Below are positions 18,481 to 26,447 of a stretch of DNA of 51,297 nt, in pieces; position 1 is the stretch's first letter; the number at the start of each line of letters is the position of its first letter. Under the pieces are notes generated by a model, which worked only from the letters and a program-made list of their open reading frames with translations, made no database searches and had not been told where the DNA came from. The translations under genes and the position numbers were made by a program. The DNA lies in the NCBI GenBank assembly GCA_964481035.1, contig CAYZSE010000004.1, positions 1 through 51,297 on the forward strand, in the 5' to 3' direction. This DNA is from an uncultured Geminicoccaceae bacterium (GTDB lineage: Bacteria; Pseudomonadota; Alphaproteobacteria; Geminicoccales; Geminicoccaceae).

Positions 18481-19325
18481 GCGCCGCCGTCGAGCTCGGC
18501 TCGGGCAAGCACGCCGGCACCGAGAACTTCCCGGTCGCCTCGCTGCTCGTGCGCCGCGAGCTGCGGCCTCATCTTCGCGTCTTCTATGCCTTCGCGCGCG
18601 CGATCGACGACGTCGCCGACGCCGGCCGGGCTACGGCCGAGGAGCGGCAGCGACGACTGCGCGCCTTCGATGCCGTGCTGGCCGGCGACGCCGCCGAAGG
18701 ACCCGCCGAAGCCGTCGAGCTCGCCGCCAGCCTCGAGGCGACCGGCGTGCCCGCGGTACACGCCCGCGAGCTGATCGAGGCGTTCCTGCTCGACACGACC
18801 AAGAGCCGCTACGCCGGCTGGGACGATCTCATGGCCTATTGCCGGCTGTCGGCGGCGCCGGTCGGCCGGCACATCCTCGACCTGCACGGCGAGAGCCGCG
18901 ATACTTGGCCGGCGAGCGATGCGCTCTGCGCCGCGCTGCAGGTCATCAACCACCTGCAGGACTGCGGCGACGACTACCGCGACATGGACCGGATCTATGT
19001 GCCCGAGCCCTGGCTCGCGGGCGAGGGGCTCGCCGTCACGGTGCTCGCCGAGCCCCACGCGCCGCCGGGGCTGCGCCGGGTGCTCGACCGCCTGCTCGAC
19101 GGCACGGCCGACCTGCTCGCCCGCGCGCGCGCGCTCGCGCCCGCGCTGCGCGATCGCCGCCTGGCGCTCGAGGTCGGCGCCATCCAGGCGCTGGCCGAGC
19201 GTCTCGTCGAGGAGCTGCGCCGCCGCGATCCCCTGGCGGAACGCGTCAAGCTCACCAAGGCCCGGATGCTCGCGATCGGGCTCGGCGGCGCCGTCGCCGC
19301 CTGGCGCGCGCCCGTTCGACGGTGA
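18477..19325 (+). CDS. hpnC: Squalene synthase HpnC (hydroxysqualene-forming step of the HpnCDE route)
   Basis: Contains [24 protein letters not shown] and [12 protein letters not shown] at 18477 overlaps the dxs stop (TTGA). The product is 282 aa. Confidence 0.85.
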   Translation: MSAAVELGSGKHAGTENFPVASLLVRRELRPHLRVFYAFARAIDDVADAGRATAEERQRRLRAFDAVLAGDAAEGPAEAVELAASLEATGVPAVHARELIEAFLLDTTKSRYAGWDDLMAYCRLSAAPVGRHILDLHGESRDTWPASDALCAALQVINHLQDCGDDYRDMDRIYVPEPWLAGEGLAVTVLAEPHAPPGLRRVLDRLLDGTADLLARARALAPALRDRRLALEVGAIQALAERLVEELRRRDPLAERVKLTKARMLAIGLGGAVAAWRAPVRR

Positions 19326-20452
19326 CGCTGGCGCTCGCGCTCGCGGCGCTCGCGGCCTGGCTGGCGCTGCTCTCCGCTCGCGACGGCTACTGGCGGGCCG
19401 ATCAGCTTCTGGGCGACGGGCGCCCGCGGCACGCCGCCGAGGTGATCGCCATCGTGCCGGCACGTGACGAGGCGGCGACCATCCGGGACGCGGTGGCGAG
19501 CCTGCTCGCGCAGGACCACGCCGGCGGGCTGACGGTGGTCGTGGTCGACGACGGCAGCCGCGACGGCACCGGCGCCCTGGCGACGGCCGTCCCGACGGCG
19601 CGGGGCGACCGGCGCGTCGCCGTCGTCGCGGCGGCGCCGCCGCCCGCGGGCTGGAGCGGCAAGGTCGCGGCCCAGGCGGCGGGCCTGCGCCACGCCGAGA
19701 CGCTGGGCCTCGATGCGCCCTGGCTGTGGCTCACCGACGCCGACATCGTCCACGAAACGACGGTGCTGCGGCGCCTCTTGGCCCGCGCCGAGCGCCAAGG
19801 GTCGGCGCTCGTCTCCGTCATGGTCGACCTGCACACGGCGACCGCGGTCGAGCGCTGGCTCGCTCCGGTCTTCGTCCACTTCTTCCAGCTGCTCTACCCG
19901 TTTCGAGCCGTCAACGACCCGACGCGCCCGACCGCCGCCGCCGCCGGCGGCTGCATCCTCGTCGAGCGCGAGGCGCTCGCCGCCGCGGGCGGGTTCGCGG
20001 CCATCCACGACCGGCTCATCGACGACGTGGCGCTCGCCCGGGCGATCAAGCGCCGCGGCCACCGGCTGTGGCTCGGGCTCGACCACGGCAGCCGCAGCCT
20101 GCGCGCTTACGACTTGGCGGGCTTCTGGGCGATGGTCCGCCGCACGGCCTTCACCGAGCTCGGCTGCTCCTACGGCCGGCTGGTCCTGGCGCTCGCTGGC
20201 CTCGGGCTGCTCTTTGTCGTGCCCTGGCTGCTCGTCCTCGGCGGCGGGGCCGCGCGCGGGCCGGCGCTCGGCGCGGTCGGCCTGATGAGCGCGAGCCTCG
20301 TGCCGACGCTCCGCTGGTATGGGCTCGGCCCGTGGCGCGCGCTCGCTTTCGCTCCGGCGGCGTGGGCCTACATGGCGATGACGGTTCATTCGGCATGGGC
20401 CCATGCACGAGGCCGGCAGGCAGCGTGGCGCGGGCGCAACTATGGCGCCTGA
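19322..20452 (+). CDS. hpnB: Hopene-associated glycosyltransferase HpnB (GT2 family)
   Basis: N-terminal TM segment, then [26 protein letters not shown] and LTDADI, with C-terminal TM helices. GTG at 19322 overlaps the hpnC stop (GTGA). Confidence 0.8.
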   Translation: MTLALALAALAAWLALLSARDGYWRADQLLGDGRPRHAAEVIAIVPARDEAATIRDAVASLLAQDHAGGLTVVVVDDGSRDGTGALATAVPTARGDRRVAVVAAAPPPAGWSGKVAAQAAGLRHAETLGLDAPWLWLTDADIVHETTVLRRLLARAERQGSALVSVMVDLHTATAVERWLAPVFVHFFQLLYPFRAVNDPTRPTAAAAGGCILVEREALAAAGGFAAIHDRLIDDVALARAIKRRGHRLWLGLDHGSRSLRAYDLAGFWAMVRRTAFTELGCSYGRLVLALAGLGLLFVVPWLLVLGGGAARGPALGAVGLMSASLVPTLRWYGLGPWRALAFAPAAWAYMAMTVHSAWAHARGRQAAWRGRNYGA

Positions 20453-20535
20453 TCGCGCGGACGTGGCCGTTCGTGCGGGCCGATCCGCCATGCGCGTGCT
20501 TGCGGCCCGGCGCTGCCCCCGTCTAGGGAAGTGGC

Positions 20536-21411
20536 ATGCAGGCCACATCTGCCCTCGACGCCCATAGCCTGACCGACGTGGCGCACGTGACGCGGGTGGT
20601 GCGACGCGCCGGCACCTCCTTCTTTTGGGCGATGCGGCTGCTGCCGAGCGAGCGGCGCCGAGCGATCTTCGCGGTCTACGCCTTCTGCCGCGAGGTCGAC
20701 GACGTCGCGGACTCCGATCTCGACGCGGCTGCCAAGCGCGCGGGCCTGGCGGCGTGGCGCGACGAGGTCGCGGCTCTCTTCGACGGGCGGCCGGCGCGAC
20801 CGACCACACGGGCCCTGGCGGGGCCGGTTCAGCGCTTCGAGCTCGATCGGGCGGACTTCGAGGCTGTCATCGACGGCATGGCCATGGACGCGGCCGGTGC
20901 CATCGTCGCGCCGTCGCGGGCCGAGCTGACGCTCTACTGCGATCGCGTCGCCGCGGCGGTCGGCCGCCTGTGCGTGCGGGTTTTCGGCGAGCCGACGCCG
21001 GCGGGCCGACGCGTCGCCGACGAGCTGGGCCAGGCGCTGCAGCTCACCAACATCCTGCGCGACCTCGACGAGGACGCCGCGCTGGGCCGGCTCTACCTGC
21101 CCCGCGAGGTGCTCGAACGTCACGGCGTTCCCGCCGTATCGCCGCACCGCGTGCTCGCCCATCCTGGGCTGGAGCCGGCCTGCCGCGAGGTCGCCGGCTG
21201 GGCCGCCGCCGCCTTCGAGCGGGCGCGCCTCGCCATGGTCGCCTGCGACGCCCGCGCGATGCGACCGGCGCGAATGATGATGGAGGTCTACCGGCTGACC
21301 CTCGCCCGGCTCGATGCTCGCGGCTGGCAGCCCCCGCGGCGCTCCTGCGGGCCCGGCAAGGCGGAGAAGCTGTGGCTCGCCGTTCGCTGCCTCGCGGGAA
21401 CCGGGGTATGA
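20536..21411 (+). CDS. hpnD: Presqualene diphosphate synthase HpnD
   Basis: Contains SFFWAMRLLPSERRRAIFAVYAFCREVDDVADS, YCDRVAAAVG and LQLTNILRDLDEDA. Confidence 0.88.
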   Translation: MQATSALDAHSLTDVAHVTRVVRRAGTSFFWAMRLLPSERRRAIFAVYAFCREVDDVADSDLDAAAKRAGLAAWRDEVAALFDGRPARPTTRALAGPVQRFELDRADFEAVIDGMAMDAAGAIVAPSRAELTLYCDRVAAAVGRLCVRVFGEPTPAGRRVADELGQALQLTNILRDLDEDAALGRLYLPREVLERHGVPAVSPHRVLAHPGLEPACREVAGWAAAAFERARLAMVACDARAMRPARMMMEVYRLTLARLDARGWQPPRRSCGPGKAEKLWLAVRCLAGTGV

Positions 21412-22694
21412 GCCGCTGGCACGTCGTCGGCGCCGGCATCGCCGGGCTCGCCGCCGCCACGGCCCTGGCGGCACGCGGCGAGAGGGTCACCTTGTATGAG
21501 GCGGCGCGCCACGCCGGCGGTCGCTGCCGCAGCTATCACGACCCCAAGCTCGGCTGCCGCATCGACAACGGCAACCACCTCGTCCTCTCCGGCAACCGGG
21601 CGACCGGCGCCTATCTTGAGCGCATCGGCGCCCGCCATCGGCTGCACGAGATCCGTCCCGCGGCCTTTCCGTTTCTCGACCTCGCCACCGGCGAGCGCTG
21701 GACCTTGCGGCCCGGTCGCGGGCCGTTGCCCTTGTGGCTGGCCGACCCGGCGCGGCGCCCGCCCGGCGTCCCGTTGCGCGAGCTGGGTCGCGGCCTCGGC
21801 TTTCTGGTGAGCGGCCGGGCGGATCGGGCCGGCGCGGTCGTGGGCGCGGGCGTGGGCTATGAGCGCTTTTGGGATCCACTCGTCACGGCGGTCCTCAACA
21901 CGCCGCCGGCCGAGGGTGCCGCCGCGCTGATGCGGCCCGTGCTGCTCGAGACCTTCGCCAAGGGCGAGGCGGCGTGCCGCCCGCTGATCGCCGAGACCGG
22001 CCTCGGCGACGCCTTCGTCGAGCCGGCGCTCGCGTTCCTGGCCCGCAGCGGCGCGGAGGTGCGGCTCGCGACGCCGGTCTCGGCGCTCGACGACGCCGGC
22101 GCGCGGGTCTGCGGTCTGCGTCTCGGCGGCACGACCGTGCCGCTCGGCGGCAACGATGCCGTGATCGTCGCCACGCCGCCGTGGATCACCGCCGAGCTGG
22201 TGCCCGGCCTCGCGCCGCTTCCGACCTTCAGCCCGATCGTCAACGCGCATTTCCGCCTCGCCGACGACGGCCCCGCCGAGCCCGAGCTTCTGGGCCTCGT
22301 CGGGGGGCGGGCACAGTGGATCTTCCGCCGTGGCCCGATCGCCTCGGTGACCGTCAGCGCGGCGCGCGCGCTCGTCGATCGGCCCGCCGATGAGATCGCA
22401 CGTCGGCTCTGGGCGGACGTCGCACGGGCGCTCGGCCGCGCCGGCGAGCCGCTGCCGCCGTGGCGAGTCGTCAAGGAGAAGCGTGCCACGCCGTGGCAGA
22501 GCCCCGCTTCGGCGCGAAACCGGTGGTCGGCACGCACCTCGTGGCGTAACGTCGCGCTTGCCGGCGATTGGGTCGCGACCGGGTTGCCGGCGACGATAGA
22601 GAGCGCGGTCAGAAGCGGCGAGCAGGCCGTACGGCTCCTGCAACGCCGCCCGCTCGAAGAACTCGTGGGAACAGAAAGACAAAGGATCGCTTAG
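21408..22694 (+). CDS. hpnE: Hydroxysqualene dehydroxylase HpnE (FAD-dependent amine-oxidase fold)
   Basis: Rossmann motif VVGAGIAGLAAATALA..G..VTLYEA...GGRC. C-terminal GDWVATGLPATIESAVRSG. ATG at 21408 overlaps the hpnD stop (ATGA). Confidence 0.85.
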   Translation: MSRWHVVGAGIAGLAAATALAARGERVTLYEAARHAGGRCRSYHDPKLGCRIDNGNHLVLSGNRATGAYLERIGARHRLHEIRPAAFPFLDLATGERWTLRPGRGPLPLWLADPARRPPGVPLRELGRGLGFLVSGRADRAGAVVGAGVGYERFWDPLVTAVLNTPPAEGAAALMRPVLLETFAKGEAACRPLIAETGLGDAFVEPALAFLARSGAEVRLATPVSALDDAGARVCGLRLGGTTVPLGGNDAVIVATPPWITAELVPGLAPLPTFSPIVNAHFRLADDGPAEPELLGLVGGRAQWIFRRGPIASVTVSAARALVDRPADEIARRLWADVARALGRAGEPLPPWRVVKEKRATPWQSPASARNRWSARTSWRNVALAGDWVATGLPATIESAVRSGEQAVRLLQRRPLEELVGTERQRIA

Positions 22695-22696
22695 CC

Positions 22697-24619
22697 TTGG
22701 ATTTCGATACTGAGGTGGCGGCGGGCCACCTGCTGGACACCGTGCTCGCGGACGCGGCACGGGATCTGCGCGCTCGCCGGCAGGACGACGGCCATTGGGT
22801 GTTCCCGCTCGAGGCCGATGCCACGATCAGCGCCGAGTACATCCTGCTCCTGCATTTCTTGGACCAGCGGGACGAGGCGCTGGAGCGCGAGCTCGCCGAC
22901 TACATTCGCGGCCTGCAGGGTGCGCACGGCGGGTGGCCCCTGTTCCACGACGGCGAGATCAACGTCAGCGCGAGCGTGAAGGCGTACTACGCCCTCAAGC
23001 TGGTCGGCGACGATCCGGCGGCGCCGCACATGACGCGCGCCCGCTCGGCGATCCTCGCCGAGGGCGGCGCGGCGCGCGCCAACGTCTTCACCCTCTATGC
23101 GCTGGCGCTGTTCGAGCAGGTGCCGTGGCGCGCGGTGCCGACCATGCCGGTCGAGCTGATGCTGCTGCCGCGCTGGTTTCCGGTGAGCATCTGGGCCTTT
23201 TCCTACTGGTCGCGCACGGTCGTCGTGCCCCTCCTCGTCATCGCCGCGCTCAGGCCCAAGGCGAGAAACCCGAAGCGCGTCGGCATTCGCGAGCTGTTCA
23301 CCACCCCGCCGGAGATGGAACGCGGCTATCTCCGCAATCCGACCGGCAGCTGGCAGGGAGCCGCCTTTCTCCGCCTGGACCGGATGCTCAAGACGGTCGA
23401 GCCGTGGTTCTCCGAGCGCCTGCGTCGCCGTGCGATCGACCGTGCCGTCGCGTTCGTCACCGATCGCCTCAACGGCGAGCACGGGCTGGGCGGGATCTTT
23501 CCGGCGATGGTCAACACCGTCATCGCCTACGACGCGCTGGGCTACGACCCCGATCACCGCGACCGCGCGGCGGCGATGGCGAGCGTGCGCGACCTCGTCG
23601 TCGACGACGACGCCGGGCGGCGCTTCTGCCAGCCCTGCTGGTCGCCGGTCTGGGATACCGCGCTCACCATGCACGCGCTCGCCGAGGTCGAAGGCGAGGT
23701 CGACCCCGACGCCGCCGCCTGGCTGCGGGCGCGCCAGGTGCTCGACCACAAGGGCGACTGGGCGGTGCAGAAGCCCGATGTGCGGCCGGGCGGCTGGGCT
23801 TTCGAATACGTCAATCCGGATTACCCCGACGTCGACGACACCGCGGCCATCGGCGCGGTGCTGCAGCGCTCGGGCGACCCAGCCAACGACGGGGCCGTCG
23901 CGCGCGCCGCCGAGTGGATCATCGGCCTGCAAAGCCGTAACGGCGGGTGGGGCGCCTTCGACGCCGACAACACCAAGCGCTACTTGAACCACATCCCCTT
24001 CGCCGATCACGGCGCGCTGCTCGATCCGCCGACGGCGGATGTGACGGCGCGCTGCCTCGGCTTTCTCGCCCAGCTCGGCTATGGCAAGGACCAGCCCGCG
24101 GTGGCGCGCGGCCTCGCCTATCTCCGCGCCGAGCAGGAGCCCGACGGCAGCTGGTTCGGTCGTTGGGGCACCAACTACGTCTACGGCACGTGGTCGGTCT
24201 TGAGCACGCTCAACGCGCTCGGCGTGCCGGGCGACGCGCCGGAAGTGCGGCGCGCGGTCGACTGGCTGCTCGCCCGGCAACGCCCGGACGGCGGGTGGGG
24301 CGAGGACGGCGCGACCTATTGGTCGGAGCGCCGCGACGAGGCCAAGGCGAGCACGCCGTCGCAGACCGCCTGGGCTCTGCTCGCGCTCATGGCCGCCGGC
24401 GAGGTCGATCATCCGGCCGTCGAGCAGGGGGTCGGCTTCCTCGTCCATCACCCCCGCGACGGGGCCGCCTGGGACGAGCCCTGGCACACCGCGGTGGGTT
24501 TCCCGCGGGTCTTCTACCTGCGCTACCACGGCTATCGTCACTACTTTCCGATCTGGGCGCTGGCGCGCTACCGCAATCTCAAGAGGAGCAACAGCCGCGA
24601 CGTCGTCCACGCGCTCTGA
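22697..24619 (+). CDS. shc: Squalene-hopene cyclase
   Basis: Catalytic DxDD motif in DYPDVDDTAA. Repeated QW motifs: QGAHGGWP, QSRNGGWGAF, QEPDGSWFGRWG and QRPDGGWGE. TTG at 22697 lies 2 nt after the hpnE stop, so the exact start is uncertain. Confidence 0.92.
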   Translation: MDFDTEVAAGHLLDTVLADAARDLRARRQDDGHWVFPLEADATISAEYILLLHFLDQRDEALERELADYIRGLQGAHGGWPLFHDGEINVSASVKAYYALKLVGDDPAAPHMTRARSAILAEGGAARANVFTLYALALFEQVPWRAVPTMPVELMLLPRWFPVSIWAFSYWSRTVVVPLLVIAALRPKARNPKRVGIRELFTTPPEMERGYLRNPTGSWQGAAFLRLDRMLKTVEPWFSERLRRRAIDRAVAFVTDRLNGEHGLGGIFPAMVNTVIAYDALGYDPDHRDRAAAMASVRDLVVDDDAGRRFCQPCWSPVWDTALTMHALAEVEGEVDPDAAAWLRARQVLDHKGDWAVQKPDVRPGGWAFEYVNPDYPDVDDTAAIGAVLQRSGDPANDGAVARAAEWIIGLQSRNGGWGAFDADNTKRYLNHIPFADHGALLDPPTADVTARCLGFLAQLGYGKDQPAVARGLAYLRAEQEPDGSWFGRWGTNYVYGTWSVLSTLNALGVPGDAPEVRRAVDWLLARQRPDGGWGEDGATYWSERRDEAKASTPSQTAWALLALMAAGEVDHPAVEQGVGFLVHHPRDGAAWDEPWHTAVGFPRVFYLRYHGYRHYFPIWALARYRNLKRSNSRDVVHAL

Positions 24620-25329
24620 TGCGGGTCGGGGTCGTCACCGGCCTCGCGCTCGAGGCCCTGATCCTCGCGCGCCACTGGCCGGAGGTGATCGTCGAAGCGG
24701 CGCCCGGCCCCGAGCGGGCGGGCGAGACGGCGCGCCGGCTGGCGCGCGACGGGGTCGATCTCTTGGTGAGCTTCGGGACGGCCGGCGGGCTCCTCTCGCG
24801 GCTCGCGCCGGGGACCGTGGTCGTCGCCTCGAGCGTCGTCGACGAGGCCCACGGCTTTACCCTCAACGGCGCCGAGCTCGCGGCCCGCGAGCTCGGCGCC
24901 TCGGTGGTCCGGCTGTTGAGCGTCGAGAGACCGATCCTCGAGCCCGCGGTCAAGCGGCAGGCGGCGGCGCGCTGGTCCGCGGCGGCGGTCGACATGGAAA
25001 GCGCGGCGGTGGTGCGCGCCGCGTACCGAGCCGCCTGCCCGGCGCTGGTCGTGCGCGCCATCGCCGACCCCGCGGACCGCCGCTTGCCCCGACTCGCGGC
25101 GACCGCCGTCGGCCCGAACGGGCGGCTCAGGGCGCGGGCGATCGCCGCCGCGCTGATCCGATGGCCCGGAGACTGGCCGGCCGTCGGTCGCGCCGGCGTC
25201 GACGCTGCCGCCGCGCGCGCCGCGCTAGGAGGCGCGGCGGCGCGGTTGGCGGTCCTCGCCCGGCAGGGGCTTCTCCAGCGCCTCTCGGACGTGCCGATCG
25301 AAGACGTAATCGGCCGGCCGCTGCCCTGA
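24619..25329 (+). CDS. hpnG: Hopanoid-associated phosphorylase/nucleosidase HpnG (PNP/UDP family)
   Basis: Contains VGVVTGLALEA, LVSFGTAGGL, AAVDMESAAV and VVRAIADPADR. The ATG shares 1 nt with the shc stop (TGATG). Confidence 0.8.
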   Translation: MRVGVVTGLALEALILARHWPEVIVEAAPGPERAGETARRLARDGVDLLVSFGTAGGLLSRLAPGTVVVASSVVDEAHGFTLNGAELAARELGASVVRLLSVERPILEPAVKRQAAARWSAAAVDMESAAVVRAAYRAACPALVVRAIADPADRRLPRLAATAVGPNGRLRARAIAAALIRWPGDWPAVGRAGVDAAAARAALGGAAARLAVLARQGLLQRLSDVPIEDVIGRPLP

Positions 25330-26367
25330 GAGGTCGATCTCGGGCGCCATCGGCCGCTCGGTCTCGATGCCCTTGAGCGCGACGCTCAGCGCCTTCCAGG
25401 GCTTGGCGATGGTGTCGTTGACCGCCGTCGGCTCGAAGCCGCAATGCACCATGCAGTCGGCGCACTTCTCATAGGCCCCGGTGCCGTAGCTGTCCCAGTC
25501 GGTCGTCTCCATGAGCTCTTGAAAGCTCGCCGCGTAGCCTTCGCCGAGGAGGTAGCAGGGGCGCTGCCAGCCGAAGATGTTGCGCGTAGGATTGCCCCAT
25601 GGCGTGCAGCGATAGTTCTGGTTGCCGGCGAGGAAGTCGAGATAGAGCTGCGACTGGTTGAATACCCAGCCGCGACCCTTGCCGCGGCGAAAGATGTCGC
25701 GAAAGAGGGTCTTGGTCTGCTGGCGGTTCAAGAAGTGCTGCTGGTCCGGCGCCCGCTCGTAGGCGTAGCCGGGCGAGACGGTGATGCCCTCGGCGCCGAG
25801 GCGCATCGCGTAGTCGAAGAACTCGGCGACGCGCCCGGGCACGGCGTTGTTGAAGAGCGTGCAGTTGATGGTGACCCGAAAGCCCCGCGCCGTCGCGGCC
25901 TCGACCGCGGCGATCGCCCGCTCGAAGACGCCGTCCTGGCAGACCGAGCGATCGTGCTCCTCCTCGAGCCCGTCGAGGTGGATGGAGAAGGTGAGATAGG
26001 GGCTGGGCTCGAACAGCTCCAGCTTCTTCTGCAAGAGCAACGCGTTGGTGCAGAGATAGACGAACTTCTTGCGGGCGACGATGCCTCGCACCACGTCCGC
26101 GATTTGCGGATGGAGCAGCGGCTCGCCGCCGGGGATGGAGACGACCGGCGCGCCGCACTCGTCGACGGCGGCGAGGCAATCCTCGAGGCTGAGATGCCGG
26201 TTCAAGATCGGCTTCGGGTAGTCGATCTTGCCGCAGCCGGCGCAGGCGAGGTTGCAGCGGAAGAGCGGCTCCAGCATCAGCACGAGCGGGTAGCGCTTGC
26301 GGCCGAGCAGCCGCTGCTTGAGGACGTAGCCGCCGACGCGGAGCTTTTGAATGAGGGGGATCGACAC
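25225..26367 (-). CDS. hpnH: Adenosyl-hopene transferase HpnH (radical SAM)
   Basis: Radical SAM cluster motif CNLACAGCG, then SIPGGEPLL. C-terminal region has RCTPWGNPT and CADCMVHCGFEP. GTG at 26367 has a GGAAGGA RBS upstream. The remainder of track ORF 25225..27852 is read-through. Confidence 0.9.
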   Translation of the reverse strand: MSIPLIQKLRVGGYVLKQRLLGRKRYPLVLMLEPLFRCNLACAGCGKIDYPKPILNRHLSLEDCLAAVDECGAPVVSIPGGEPLLHPQIADVVRGIVARKKFVYLCTNALLLQKKLELFEPSPYLTFSIHLDGLEEEHDRSVCQDGVFERAIAAVEAATARGFRVTINCTLFNNAVPGRVAEFFDYAMRLGAEGITVSPGYAYERAPDQQHFLNRQQTKTLFRDIFRRGKGRGWVFNQSQLYLDFLAGNQNYRCTPWGNPTRNIFGWQRPCYLLGEGYAASFQELMETTDWDSYGTGAYEKCADCMVHCGFEPTAVNDTIAKPWKALSVALKGIETERPMAPEIDLSGQRPADYVFDRHVREALEKPLPGEDRQPRRRAS

Positions 26368-26447
26368 GACGCTTGTTCCTTCCGGTCTCCGACACGCAAC
26401 AAAGGCGATGGCTCGCGGGAACGCAACCGTCGCGTCGACACGTCCCA

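Noticed and set aside
18995-20809. 604-aa - strand ORF, and other long ORFs (18105..19463, 20440..21474, 21288..22760, 22691..24610) antisense to the hpn genes
   Set aside because: All are antisense shadows of well-supported + strand hpnC, B, D, E and shc genes. Their products are Arg/Pro/Gly-rich and have no motifs.
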